64,000 bases of DNA from an uncultured Planctomycetales bacterium (GCA_964401335.1 CAYNYK010000009.1:1174-65173), one strand, 5' to 3'. Counted from the stretch's first letter, positions 39,017-49,839 are shown. Numbers and translations: made by a program. Notes: a model not told the origin generated them from the sequence alone.

Positions 39017-40831
39017 TCACTTCGGCAACGGGTAGTTAAGCACGCCGAACTGCCAGAAGAAATCGGCCAGGGTCTTTTCGCTGCGCAGAAGGAAATCCTT
39101 GCGAAAGAGGGCGGCCTCTTTGGCGATGATCCGTTTGCGCTCCGCGTCATCTTTAATATGCAGCTCATGGGTGCCGTACCCCTCCTCGTCGGAGAGTTTA
39201 AGAAGCTCTTGAAAACGCTGGGCGTAGGCCTTGGCCATATAGTCCCGCTTGATGCCCTTTTCATGGCATTCGGCGGCGCTCATCAGCTTGCCGTCAGGGC
39301 CGGGCATGACACAGAACCAGCTTGCGTCGGCCAGGGCCCAGTGCTGATCGGCCCAGAATTCGGTCACGACATGACCATGTTTGCGGTTGGAATACTGCAG
39401 GAAGATCAGCCGGGCCGGGATTCCCGCCACCTGGCAAAGCCGGACATAAAGCCGAGCCTGCTCGTTGCACCAGCCGGTGCCGCTTTTCGCCAGCGATTCC
39501 TCGTCCATCGCCCGGTTCGCGATGACATGACAGGCCCGCGGCGGGAAAGCCGGGTGCAGCACCAGATCGGGCATCGCCTTGGTGAGCAGGGCGACGGCCT
39601 TGTCCGTGTCCGTTTTCAGGCCGGCCGTGTATTTGGCCACGATCTGTTCCAGGTAAGGATACGTCCCCTTCTTATACTCGACGGTGGTCGGCGAATAATC
39701 CTTGTACAGATAATCTGCCGTCTCCGGACGATAGACGATAAAACGATTGGCCTGCCACAGATCGACGCCGTCGCACGACGGGCCGATGGGTTTTTCCATG
39801 TTGGTGAACGGCTCGTCGAGACCGTGGCGACTGAGGTACGGCATGACCCATTCCGGTAAAGTTTCCTTGGCCCAGGGCGGAACCGGCACCCATCCGTAGA
39901 CGTTTCGCTCCGCGTCGAAGATAGTCTCACGGGTTTGCAAATGGTCTTTCGGCTTCAGTAAGCCGAGGTTCTTTTCCTTCACATAGCGATCGAGGGCCAT
40001 GTCCGGATCGTTGGTCATGAAATAGATGCGCCCGATCATCTCGCGGTCTTCGTTGGGTGCGATCATGTCGAAAACCACGCTGATATTCATGCTCCCCTTG
40101 CCGCCGTTTTCCACATGCATGACTTCGGCGGCCTTGGTCCAGCCGATAGCCACCAGGCTCTTGCCCGACTTCGACGCACAGGCCAACCAGGGCTTTTCCG
40201 CGATGGTTGGGAGTATCGAACGCTTGTAGGCCCCCATGCTGAGTGCGGGATTGGGTTGTCCCTCGGCCACCAGGAAAGGCGGCTGGAACTGGGTAAGCAG
40301 CTCTACCAGAGGCGTGGGTTTGCCGTCATGCACGACAAAGGTCCGCTCCAGGTTGGGATCGGCGTAGCTGTCGGCCGCTTCGCCCTGATCGGGATAGAGG
40401 CCGATCCGGGCCTCGACCTGCCAGAGCGGCCATTCCCAATGGTTGGTAAGGCGAAGATGGATCTGAAGGACATCCTCCGCTACCGGTTTGACATGTACCG
40501 CGATGGCCAGATTGCGGTCAGCCGTGGCCGCGTAATGACAACCGTTGCACGCCTGCGACTGCCATTTGGAATTCGTCTTGTGATCGGCGGCGGCCAGCAG
40601 GGTTCCGGTTGGTTCGGAAATGATGGCTTCCGGCACGCGCAGACGCCAGGTGCCTCCGACGCCGGGGACACGGACGATCAGGTCGCGTTGATCCTGAGCC
40701 TTCAATTGAATGGCGTCGTTGCTGACGGGAGTCGTCCGCATGGTGAACTCCTGGGCACGCAGGGACGAGGAGACGAAGATCATCCCGGCAAGAATGACGA
40801 CAACGATTGACAAGAAACGCAGATATGGCAT
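39017..40831 (-). CDS. Secreted protein: N-terminal beta-sandwich plus transglutaminase-like domain
   Basis: Signal peptide; triad WCNEQAR (Cys), HGHVVTE (His), LADASW (Asp). Confidence 0.8.
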   Translation of the reverse strand: MPYLRFLSIVVVILAGMIFVSSSLRAQEFTMRTTPVSNDAIQLKAQDQRDLIVRVPGVGGTWRLRVPEAIISEPTGTLLAAADHKTNSKWQSQACNGCHYAATADRNLAIAVHVKPVAEDVLQIHLRLTNHWEWPLWQVEARIGLYPDQGEAADSYADPNLERTFVVHDGKPTPLVELLTQFQPPFLVAEGQPNPALSMGAYKRSILPTIAEKPWLACASKSGKSLVAIGWTKAAEVMHVENGGKGSMNISVVFDMIAPNEDREMIGRIYFMTNDPDMALDRYVKEKNLGLLKPKDHLQTRETIFDAERNVYGWVPVPPWAKETLPEWVMPYLSRHGLDEPFTNMEKPIGPSCDGVDLWQANRFIVYRPETADYLYKDYSPTTVEYKKGTYPYLEQIVAKYTAGLKTDTDKAVALLTKAMPDLVLHPAFPPRACHVIANRAMDEESLAKSGTGWCNEQARLYVRLCQVAGIPARLIFLQYSNRKHGHVVTEFWADQHWALADASWFCVMPGPDGKLMSAAECHEKGIKRDYMAKAYAQRFQELLKLSDEEGYGTHELHIKDDAERKRIIAKEAALFRKDFLLRSEKTLADFFWQFGVLNYPLPK

Positions 40832-40864
40832 GACGATTCTCTCCACAAGAATAACATTATCCGA

Positions 40865-43060
40865 TCAGTTCGAACGGCCGAGTTCCTTCAACACCTTCTC
40901 ATAAAAGCGGATGCATTCCTTGACGTCGGGTATATTGTTGTCCCAATTTTTTTCGTATTCGATGGTGATCGGGCCGGTGAAATTCTGCCGATGCAGCTCG
41001 GCCAGTACTCCGCGAATATTCGACGCCCCCTGTCCCCAGAAAACATCCTCGGCCTCCTTGGTGGCCGTATTCGCCCCCTCGACATCTTTCATGTGTACGC
41101 ACAGGATACGGCCGGCGAGCAGCTTAAGACCCTCAACCGTATCCAATCCTGTCCTCCCCCAGTGCCCCACGTCCGGACAAGCCCCGATCCGCGGATTGCA
41201 CTTGCCGATATGTTCCATCACGATTTTGGGGTCCCAGTAGCGACTGGGCTTGGCGTGATTGTGGACGGCCACGTTTATGCTGAACTCCTGGGTCAGACGA
41301 TCCAGGCTGGGAAACGATTCGAACTCCGGCTCGGAGACGATGGTTTCGATCCCCATGGCCTTGGCATATTCGAAGATACGCCGGTTTTTCGCTTCATCGA
41401 CGGTAAACGTGCCCATGTACATGGTCGGCATTTGCAAGTCGGCTTCCAACAGCAGGCGTTTGATCTGGTCCATGACCTCGATGGAGGGGTTTTCCGGATC
41501 GATCTTGAGCTTGGGTTGGGCCGGACTCAACGGTTGTCCCGCGAAAGCCTCGATATATTTAAGCCCGAGCGTTTTGGCCTTTTCCACCGCCTCGGTGAAG
41601 GTGAATTTATGGAACGTCCAGAGCTGAATGCCCAGACGCCAATCTTGTGGAAACATGGGCGTAATCTCCTTGACGGCGACTTTGCGGAACTGCACCCAGC
41701 CGTAGGAGTGGGCATCCTGCAGGCCGATATAGCCGACCAGCGGCCGAGCGTATAGAGCCGGCACCCGCCGGGCATCCACGTCGATAACCGGAATGTTGTC
41801 CACGAACACCTTGTAACTTGGCCCGCGACATTGAATCTCGAAATTGTGCCATTCGAAGGAACGGATTTCCGGCCGGGGCTCGACGGGCACCACGCCGTAG
41901 AGCGCGCCGGACCAGTGGATATTGTCCTGCACGGTGTCCCGGTTCGTGATCTGGACCTCGCTGCCGGTGTGCCACGGATAACCCGCGTTTTCCTCCTTGG
42001 CGCGCACGAACACGCCGGAGTTGCCGTTCTCGCTGAGTCTCCACTCGGCGCGCAGGATGAAATCGCCGTAAATACGCCGCGAGCGTAACCAATCGCCGCC
42101 CAAGCCGCTGAGGCTGGTCAACAGGCCGTCATGCACCATATAGGCTTCGGGTTTGCCGACAATGTGCCAGTTATCCAGGTTCTTGCCGTTGAATAATTCG
42201 ACAAAACCCTCGTCCGATGGATCGGGCAAGCGGCCGGCCAGATGGCGAATCGACTGAAGGACCAAACGGCGATAGTTTGGATCGTGAAATGTGGCAGGGC
42301 CGTGGCCCGGACGAAGGTAAACGATCGGGCTTTTGGCGTAGGTATGGATCCAGCCGATGATCCTGTCGCTGGCCGGATGATCCACGGTTAGGAGCGGATG
42401 TACCCCGGGCAATACTTCGGTATGCAGATAACACTCGTCCACGACATCAAAATCCTTCATGTTCCGGGTGATGGGATGATCGGTATCGGCAATATGCACC
42501 TGCAAGGGAACGGCGGGCTTATAGGTGCTGGCCGGTTGACCGTTCCAAGGGTCACGATGATATCGCCCGCCGATGATTTTGATTCCCTCCGGCCAGTTGT
42601 GCCAGGTATCCAGCATGTGGTGGAGGGCCAAAATCGGACGGCCGCGCTTCAAGGCATCGAGCACGAGTTGCTGGTCCGTCGGACTGATTTCCAGCGGCCG
42701 GTCGTACCAGACCAATACGTCGTATTCCGCGTCTTTTTCGGGCAGCAGCCACTTGTAAGCGTCGGGGTGGGACACTTCCCGCCAGGTGATATCCGGCTGA
42801 TCATTGAAGACCGCGAAGAACTCCTTGCGGTCGAAAGCGTGTCCGCCGGTGAAGATCAGCACACGGATCATGTTTTCCCGCGCGGGGGGCGGCGGATATT
42901 GTCGTGGCCGTTCGGTGGACAGGAGCAAGGGATAGGGATTGCTTGGCGGCAAAGGTTCGGTGAACAGTTGTTGGGCGGGGGCGGTTTCCGCGGCGCGACA
43001 GACGTGCAGACCAACTGTTGTCAGCAGGATTGTCAGGAAAGTGAATTTCAATTGTCGCAT
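40865..43060 (-). CDS. ThuA-like + DUF1080 + sugar-phosphate isomerase/epimerase TIM-barrel fusion
   Basis: VLIFTGGHAFD...PGHG (ThuA); LFNGKNLDNW, NSGVFVR, IGLQD (DUF1080); LGIQLWTF, VAVHNH, DVGHW, HMKD, TIEYE (AP_endonuc_2-like). Confidence 0.9.
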   Translation of the reverse strand: MRQLKFTFLTILLTTVGLHVCRAAETAPAQQLFTEPLPPSNPYPLLLSTERPRQYPPPPARENMIRVLIFTGGHAFDRKEFFAVFNDQPDITWREVSHPDAYKWLLPEKDAEYDVLVWYDRPLEISPTDQQLVLDALKRGRPILALHHMLDTWHNWPEGIKIIGGRYHRDPWNGQPASTYKPAVPLQVHIADTDHPITRNMKDFDVVDECYLHTEVLPGVHPLLTVDHPASDRIIGWIHTYAKSPIVYLRPGHGPATFHDPNYRRLVLQSIRHLAGRLPDPSDEGFVELFNGKNLDNWHIVGKPEAYMVHDGLLTSLSGLGGDWLRSRRIYGDFILRAEWRLSENGNSGVFVRAKEENAGYPWHTGSEVQITNRDTVQDNIHWSGALYGVVPVEPRPEIRSFEWHNFEIQCRGPSYKVFVDNIPVIDVDARRVPALYARPLVGYIGLQDAHSYGWVQFRKVAVKEITPMFPQDWRLGIQLWTFHKFTFTEAVEKAKTLGLKYIEAFAGQPLSPAQPKLKIDPENPSIEVMDQIKRLLLEADLQMPTMYMGTFTVDEAKNRRIFEYAKAMGIETIVSEPEFESFPSLDRLTQEFSINVAVHNHAKPSRYWDPKIVMEHIGKCNPRIGACPDVGHWGRTGLDTVEGLKLLAGRILCVHMKDVEGANTATKEAEDVFWGQGASNIRGVLAELHRQNFTGPITIEYEKNWDNNIPDVKECIRFYEKVLKELGRSN

Positions 43061-43267
43061 GACTGGTTCCTTTGGGCCAAGCGCGAGACGATGGTCGCGT
43101 TTGACGAAAGCTTCGGCTTCCTTATATAGTCAACCCGCACGGCCGACTCCACCGCGACCCGGCCGATCGAAATATGCAAAGCCGCGGCGACGGCCGCGAT
43201 TATCCCTGTGTTTAATTGCGCATGCAAATCGTGATAGGTTGTGGTTACTCAAAAGGAGGTATCCCTC

Positions 43268-44368
43268 ATGCACCGATTGCATCTCAGTCGGACCGTGACC
43301 TTGGTGGGCGTTTTGTTTTTCAGTTGCCCCTTGATCGCCGCCGATCCTCAACCGCCGGTGAAGTACACCGAGCCCAAGGGAACGGTGGTTCCCCGATACC
43401 GCTACGTCGGCAAGGACGCCGTCGGGAAAATTCCTTTCTACATGGAATATAGCAGTCAGGAGGATAATCGGCATCTATATCGCGGCAACAAGGAGGCCTG
43501 GTTTGAAAATCTGGAGACGATCACCGAATATTCGACCCTGTTTCCCATCCGTCTGTTCCAGGCCGATGATCCCGAAATCTTCGAATGGATCATCGAACTG
43601 ACCCAGGCCGCCTATAAAAAGAAACAACTGATCGTTTTCTTCGGTTATGATTACAAGGGCGTGGATCGGCTCGGCAGGGTACTGGATCGGCTGGAAAAAT
43701 TGCCCGAGGGTCAGGATATCATCCGCAATATCATAGCGAACCATCTGGCGGATGAGCCTTATCTCGGCGGCCAAACGGCCGAGCAGGTGGAGGAGCTGAT
43801 TGCCTATTTCGATGACAAGATCAAGTCGCGTTATCCCCACATTCAATCCTGGATCAATTTCGCGGTCTCGACCGAGCAATTGAAAACCTGGGGCACGGGC
43901 AAGGAGGGCGACGGGCGCCGGCGATTGCCCAAGGGGTTGGATATCGTCGGGATCGACTGGTACGCCTTTCTCGGCAACGGGACGCGGAATAACTGGGGGC
44001 ATAAGGATTTCCGCGTGGCGGAAAAACAAATCCTCGACACGGTTTTTCCCAAATACATGGATGACCAGACCAAACGTATGAAGGAGGCGATCGCGGCCTG
44101 CTATCCGCCCGGTAAGGAGCCGATGATGTGGTTTGTCGGTTGCTCCTCGTATCCGTTTGGCATTGCCCATCCGACACCACCCTCGGTCCAGGACGCTTAT
44201 TTCGAGTATATCAAGAATTCCGAATGGGCCGGCCTGTGCTGGTGGATTTTCGAGGACTTCAAGGAGGGTGGCGAGCATGGGAATACCTTTCTCGGTGGAC
44301 GTAATTACGAGGTCATCCGTTGCCACCAGCGGCACGGCCAGCGGATTCGTGATGAACGTTTGTATTAG
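43268..44368 (+). CDS. Secreted hypothetical protein, possible GH-like TIM barrel
   Basis: AGGAGG RBS, signal peptide; HLADEP, DIVGIDWY and GLCWW motifs resemble clan GH-A-like barrels. Confidence 0.55.
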   Translation: MHRLHLSRTVTLVGVLFFSCPLIAADPQPPVKYTEPKGTVVPRYRYVGKDAVGKIPFYMEYSSQEDNRHLYRGNKEAWFENLETITEYSTLFPIRLFQADDPEIFEWIIELTQAAYKKKQLIVFFGYDYKGVDRLGRVLDRLEKLPEGQDIIRNIIANHLADEPYLGGQTAEQVEELIAYFDDKIKSRYPHIQSWINFAVSTEQLKTWGTGKEGDGRRRLPKGLDIVGIDWYAFLGNGTRNNWGHKDFRVAEKQILDTVFPKYMDDQTKRMKEAIAACYPPGKEPMMWFVGCSSYPFGIAHPTPPSVQDAYFEYIKNSEWAGLCWWIFEDFKEGGEHGNTFLGGRNYEVIRCHQRHGQRIRDERLY

Positions 44369-44411
44369 CGTGTGGGTATCGTATCTTGCATGATGACCGG
44401 TAAGCGAATCG

Positions 44412-47400
44412 ATGACAATGAGCAAAACGATGTTTTCTCGCCACCGACGGATACTGTTGATCATCTTTTCGGTTGTCAGCAGGGCGCAAGCCGCTCCCAC
44501 GGTGTTATATGCCCCTTCCGAGGTGGTCGAAGGCCGACGCTTTCGCCTCGTGCTCGAAGTCCCGGCCGGCGAATCGGAACCAAAGCTCCTGTTTGCCCAA
44601 GAAGCTCTGGAACTTTTTGATCAATCGCGTCCCGCGGCCGGGCAAACGAAGCGCTATTATTATTTTCGGGCGTTAAAACCACGCGAGGAAACGGTTATCG
44701 AGTACGAGGCTGGCGCCGGTCGCCAACTCCTCTGCAAAATGAAAATCTGGTCCGAGCGGGACAACATGACCGTCCTGCGCAAGCAGGGTGATATCCAGTT
44801 GCCGCGGCGCTGGCCGTTGGGTGAGCCGGATTTCGCGGAATACAAAACCGGCATGACCATGCGTTCGGCCGAGGAGGTTGAGCGCATTCGTGCCGAATAC
44901 CGGGCCGGGTTGAAGGCCGGTCAAGAGCAATCGATTTATCCCCCCGCCGAGGAAATCGCCAACCGCTCGGACGATGATTTGTATGATTGGTTGCCACCGG
45001 CGGACATTCCCCGCGGAATCTTCGTGGGCCTGGAATCGGGCTGCCCCGTGCATGGCCGGGAAATCTTCAAACACGGCGGGCATTATCCGTGGAAATTTGA
45101 TCTGTTAAGCAAACCCTGGAAAGCCCAGTGTCCCGTGGGTGGAGAGCTGTATCCTTCCAATGATTTCGCCCAAGGCGACATGACCGGCGGTCCCTATCCC
45201 GACGACGGTTACGGCCAGATTCACGAGGGCAAAATCAACGCCTTCATCGCCGTTTATTGTTCGTACCGTTCGCATGATGCGGCCCAATGCATGACCACGC
45301 TGGCCGACGGTTATCTCAAGACGGGCAATCCCCGTTACGCCTACAAAGCGGGCATTCTCTTGGCCCGGATGGCCCGCGAGTGGGGCTACCTCGCCGGCCA
45401 GTTGCACCACCGGTATATGTTCCACAGCGAAGTGATCGGCGGTTTGAGTTGGTATAAATCTTTGCCATCCGAAAAGGATCGGTTGTACGGCCCGCGCGCA
45501 CCGCAACGGGTTTACGAACTGAACGGCGTGGGCATGACCAACTATCGCCTGAACATCGCTCCAAGTACGCCGGCCTGGGCCCGGGCTTACGATGTGTTGT
45601 TCGAGGCCCTGTCCAACGATCAAACCTTGGCCGACTATTTGAAAAGCAAGGGCCTACCGGTGCGCACGCCCGCCGACGTGACCCGCTATATCGAGGACCA
45701 TTTCTGGCGCGTGTTGGCTCAGGCGATCATGGACCGCTGCGCCGCCTCCAACGCTCCGGAAGAGCAGATGGCCATGCAGTCGGTCGCCCTGTGCCTGAAT
45801 TATCCCCGTTGTCGTGAGCTGGTGGCGTGGAACTATTTTGGCGATATCGGCATGCAGTCGTTTCTGGTCAACGGGTATTACCGGGACGGGTCGGCCACCG
45901 AATCCACCGGCGGCTATAACGGGATTCATGTGGCCAAGCTCTGGCCTATCGAGGAGATGATGGATCGCCTGCGGGCCTTGCGGCCGGATATCTATACAAA
46001 GGAAGCTTTTCCACCGCTGGCGGATAATCCGAAATACAAATCCGTTTTCGATATCCCGGTGGATATCATGAGCGTCGACGGGATGTATCCTTGGATCGGA
46101 GATACCGGCGGCGTACCGGACAATAAAATCTCCGGGCCGGTCTATTACCCCAATATGCATGATGCCCGGGAAACCTACGAATATGCCTGGAGAACCTTCA
46201 AAGATCCCAAGTATGCACAGGTTCTCTGGCAGGGTAAAGGATACGAACCAGGTCCGGACAGCGGTATTACCCGGGAGGAAATCGAGCAAGCTATCACCCG
46301 GATTGGTCCGGAGTTCCGGCGGGAAAGCGCTTTATTCGACGGCTATCGGCTGGCCCTGTTACGCAGCGAAACCCCACCGCCATCGATGGCCGATCTTGCC
46401 AAGGAATGGGAACCACGGGCCGTCTGGATGTTCTACGGCGACGTGCCCGACCATCGCCGCGACGAGTCGATGAGCGTGGGCCTGTTCGCCAATCACATGA
46501 GCCATATCCGCCACCTCGGCTATCCGGCCGGCGCCAAGCGTGATCTTTGGGAAGGCAACTGGGCGACCACCTTCAACGCCCGGATCATCAAGGATTATTA
46601 CCATCTTTTGTACAAAGGGTCGGCCATCGCTTTTGCCCAGTTGGATGGGGTGAGCTTGTTCGCTGCCGACGGCGACGCCTACACGCCGCCCGAGCCTCCG
46701 GATGGTTTCTATAAGCGCTACCCCGATATGCTGGTCCGCCGCACTCTTTCGTTGGTCGATCTCGGCCCGAGGGATTTTTATTTCGTGGACATCTTCCGGC
46801 TCAAGGGCGGCGAGGAGCAGTATTGGAGCTTCCACGCCAATCCGTCGCGATTAACCATTACCGGCGCGGGCGAATTCGTGAAGCAGGCAGGCGGGACGGC
46901 CGCCGGAGCGGACGTACCCTATGGATCCATCGAGGAACTGCCGCGTCCGACCAATCCGCCGGGTACCAATCCGCCCGGGCCGTATCGCTCTATTGGAACG
47001 CTGGCACATCTTTATGATGTTGAACGGGCCCGGCCTGGCGGACCATGGCAGGCGGACTGGGCCTTGCAGGATACCGATGATCTTCATTTGCGGATGAATA
47101 TCCTGACGCCGCGTGAAGTGGAAATCATCACCGCGACCGGCCATCACCCCATGGCGCCCAAGGAGGCCGCCCCCTATTCCGTGCGGTTCCTGCTCCAGCA
47201 TGCCAAGGGCCCCGAACCACTGGCCAAGCAATTCGTGAGCGTGGTCCATACATATCAAGGTTGCTCGCCGATCACATCCGTACAATGCCTGGCTGACGCC
47301 CCGGAACAGGATTTCGTGGCCTGTAAAGTCGAGACCGACCAGCGCACGGATTATATTCTCAGCGACGAGGCTCCCGCCGACCCCTCCGATCCATCAATTT

Positions 47401-48293
47401 CGGCCGCGGTGAGGAACGTGGGCGATAGCATTGTATTCAGCGGGCAATACGGCCTATTTCGTGAGGACCAAGGCCGGTTTTCCTCAGTTGCGTTGATTCG
47501 CGGGACGCAATTATTGAAGAATGGGATCGGTATCCAGGCGGCCGCCCCGGCGTACTTTGGTACGATCATCGGCCTGGACCGTCCGGCCCGAAAAATCATC
47601 ATCACTCCGGTTCCTACTCTGCCTCGGGCCTGGCTGAACAAGTACATTTATATCGGCGACGATATACGACGCAGCGCATACCGGGTAACCGATTGTCGCA
47701 AACTGGATGAACAGCGGTGCGAGCTGACCTTGAACTGGCCTTCGCTGCTTCTGGAAGGGCGGATCACCGATTTCGAGGACGGTAAGATTCATACGAATAC
47801 TTCGTTACCGATCATCGGCTGGCATTTTTATTCGCGCTACGCTCATCACGCCCGGCTGACCGATGTGAGACAAACCCACGAGTTTCTGCTCGATCACATC
47901 AAAACGATCGACTGGACGAGCAAGCTCTATGGACCCTTGGTAATAGCCGCGCAAGACGCCGGGCGGGCCGACGCCGAAACCTTGGAGAGGATTTTCGGCA
48001 AGAACGGTAAGTTCCACATCTATGATTACGGGACGGGAGACCGGGTGACGTTTCCGTCGGCCACGCAACTGCGGGTCATCGGCCCGGATACCTATGCCTT
48101 GCATCTCGATCAGGATGTGACCGTCAGCCTGCCGCGGCCTCGGGCCGGAGGGGTATCGAAAGTCTTATGTCGAGTACGCGGCGCTGCGGAGTGGCGAGAA
48201 CTTTCCTACCGCCTTGAAACGGGGCAAATCCTCGTGTCACCGCCTGCGGCATTGTTGGAAGACACCGAGTTGGAGCTCAGGATTGCACCATGA
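44412..48293 (+). CDS. Large secreted heparinase II/III-like protein (1293 aa)
   Basis: Signal peptide; CPVHG, YYRDGSATESTGGYN, HRRDESMSVGLFA, YFVDIFRLKGGEEQYWSFH. Confidence 0.7.
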   Translation: MTMSKTMFSRHRRILLIIFSVVSRAQAAPTVLYAPSEVVEGRRFRLVLEVPAGESEPKLLFAQEALELFDQSRPAAGQTKRYYYFRALKPREETVIEYEAGAGRQLLCKMKIWSERDNMTVLRKQGDIQLPRRWPLGEPDFAEYKTGMTMRSAEEVERIRAEYRAGLKAGQEQSIYPPAEEIANRSDDDLYDWLPPADIPRGIFVGLESGCPVHGREIFKHGGHYPWKFDLLSKPWKAQCPVGGELYPSNDFAQGDMTGGPYPDDGYGQIHEGKINAFIAVYCSYRSHDAAQCMTTLADGYLKTGNPRYAYKAGILLARMAREWGYLAGQLHHRYMFHSEVIGGLSWYKSLPSEKDRLYGPRAPQRVYELNGVGMTNYRLNIAPSTPAWARAYDVLFEALSNDQTLADYLKSKGLPVRTPADVTRYIEDHFWRVLAQAIMDRCAASNAPEEQMAMQSVALCLNYPRCRELVAWNYFGDIGMQSFLVNGYYRDGSATESTGGYNGIHVAKLWPIEEMMDRLRALRPDIYTKEAFPPLADNPKYKSVFDIPVDIMSVDGMYPWIGDTGGVPDNKISGPVYYPNMHDARETYEYAWRTFKDPKYAQVLWQGKGYEPGPDSGITREEIEQAITRIGPEFRRESALFDGYRLALLRSETPPPSMADLAKEWEPRAVWMFYGDVPDHRRDESMSVGLFANHMSHIRHLGYPAGAKRDLWEGNWATTFNARIIKDYYHLLYKGSAIAFAQLDGVSLFAADGDAYTPPEPPDGFYKRYPDMLVRRTLSLVDLGPRDFYFVDIFRLKGGEEQYWSFHANPSRLTITGAGEFVKQAGGTAAGADVPYGSIEELPRPTNPPGTNPPGPYRSIGTLAHLYDVERARPGGPWQADWALQDTDDLHLRMNILTPREVEIITATGHHPMAPKEAAPYSVRFLLQHAKGPEPLAKQFVSVVHTYQGCSPITSVQCLADAPEQDFVACKVETDQRTDYILSDEAPADPSDPSISAAVRNVGDSIVFSGQYGLFREDQGRFSSVALIRGTQLLKNGIGIQAAAPAYFGTIIGLDRPARKIIITPVPTLPRAWLNKYIYIGDDIRRSAYRVTDCRKLDEQRCELTLNWPSLLLEGRITDFEDGKIHTNTSLPIIGWHFYSRYAHHARLTDVRQTHEFLLDHIKTIDWTSKLYGPLVIAAQDAGRADAETLERIFGKNGKFHIYDYGTGDRVTFPSATQLRVIGPDTYALHLDQDVTVSLPRPRAGGVSKVLCRVRGAAEWRELSYRLETGQILVSPPAALLEDTELELRIAP

Positions 48294-48646
48294 CCTTGGA
48301 GTACTCGATACGACCTGGCCGTGGCCGTGGAACGTGGCCCTGAACGCTATTCCGAGGGTGGGCGAAAAAAGGAAAATTAGGGTAAAAACAACAGATGACG
48401 CGATCCCGCCGGCAAGCATATAGGTTGCCATCAGCTGTCAAATCGGTCTTTGGTAAGAGCTGTTGATGACCATAAGGGTATGAGGCGAATAAAACTTTTA
48501 TTTGCAATGGTTTGCACGCTCATTATCGGGGCTTGTCCGGCCTTGTCGAGATGGATTTAGATAGGCTGAGTTTAAGCTTAAAAAGAAATTTAGTACTATT
48601 ATTGATTAAATAATAAATATACGCCATTTGGTTCCTATCTATATAG

Positions 48647-48676
48647 TTGACAAGGCTACTTAAACGCCGATATTAT
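48647..48676 (+). promoter_or_regulatory. Sigma70 promoter of the DUF1559-type gene
   Basis: TTGACA-N18-TATTAT downstream of a very AT-rich tract (48560-48645). Confidence 0.6.
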
Positions 48677-48823
48677 CTTGGGGAAAGGGGTAGGAGGTGT
48701 GAAAAGCCGCCGTGCGTTCAGTTTTTTCAGCGGAACGCAGGGAGGATGAGGCGAAAGTTTTTTTTTCAAACAATGAGTATTAGTTGCGGCCGCTGGCGGG
48801 GTTCAATAAAGAGGTATTATGCA

Positions 48824-49804
48824 ATGAAACAAACAGGCGTCAGACTGAATCGCGGTAAAAACACGCGGGGCTTTACTTTGATCGAAGTGCTGGTCGTGGT
48901 CGCGATCATCGCTCTGCTGATTGCTATTCTTTTACCCTCTTTAAAACGAGCCCGGGAAAACGCGCGGAGTTCCGTTTGTCGTACGAACCTGCACGATCTT
49001 GGTACTTCTTTGTACATGTATGCAAACACATATAAAGATTGGTTTCCCCCTACGCCCTATGTCGGCTCGAAATGGCGGGGAAGCACGGTGGGGGCGGCCG
49101 TCGTTAATGACGACAATTTATTTATCCTTTGGTATAGTAAATTCGCCACTAATGTGAAGATTTTTAATTGCCCATCGACCAATTATATTCTGCGCGAGCC
49201 GTCAAGACAGCATACCACCCGCGTGGATAGTGATCAGGGCATTTACCCCGGAGGATACTATTTGGAAGTTCGCACCGTCATTGACGGCGTGCCTCAGCTT
49301 CGTAATGATTTCGCCCGGGCAGCTCAGCTTAAAGGAAGAGAGGGGTTTGGCTCCAGTTATGAGTATGGTAATTGGATATCCAGCTATAAACCCGAAAGTT
49401 CCCGAGTTGATTGGTTTCATAGCCGGATTAACCGGATAACTCCTCAGAGTACCGCCCTTGATGAATATGATGGTGACTTCCAAGCACCCTGGACGATACC
49501 TTTTGAAACAGATACCGATAGCGCTAGTATCTATCGTGGCAAACAATTTGGCCGGGTCGTCAAGAGGCCTACTTCAAAGTTTCCACAAGCGTCCATTTCC
49601 ATGTTGATGCATGATGCGGACGAGAGCGGCGAAATCATCGGCGGTCCACCTGATCCGCCAGGCGCTAAAAACAATACACCGGAAGACTGGGATAACCACG
49701 GTAAGGCAGGGTTGAATATTCTTTTTGTTGACGGCCATGTAGACTTTGCCAACGCAAAAACTGCTAAGCGTATCTGGAGACAACAGGTGATTCCTCCCAA
49801 TTAG
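48824..49804 (+). CDS. Prepilin-type N-terminal cleavage/methylation and H-X9-DG domain protein (DUF1559-type)
   Basis: RG|[30 protein letters not shown]...C..NL and C-terminal [15 protein letters not shown]; GAGGT RBS. Confidence 0.92.
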   Translation: MKQTGVRLNRGKNTRGFTLIEVLVVVAIIALLIAILLPSLKRARENARSSVCRTNLHDLGTSLYMYANTYKDWFPPTPYVGSKWRGSTVGAAVVNDDNLFILWYSKFATNVKIFNCPSTNYILREPSRQHTTRVDSDQGIYPGGYYLEVRTVIDGVPQLRNDFARAAQLKGREGFGSSYEYGNWISSYKPESSRVDWFHSRINRITPQSTALDEYDGDFQAPWTIPFETDTDSASIYRGKQFGRVVKRPTSKFPQASISMLMHDADESGEIIGGPPDPPGAKNNTPEDWDNHGKAGLNILFVDGHVDFANAKTAKRIWRQQVIPPN

Positions 49805-49839
49805 TGCTACCCGTACGGCAGTACGGCAATATCGTCTGA

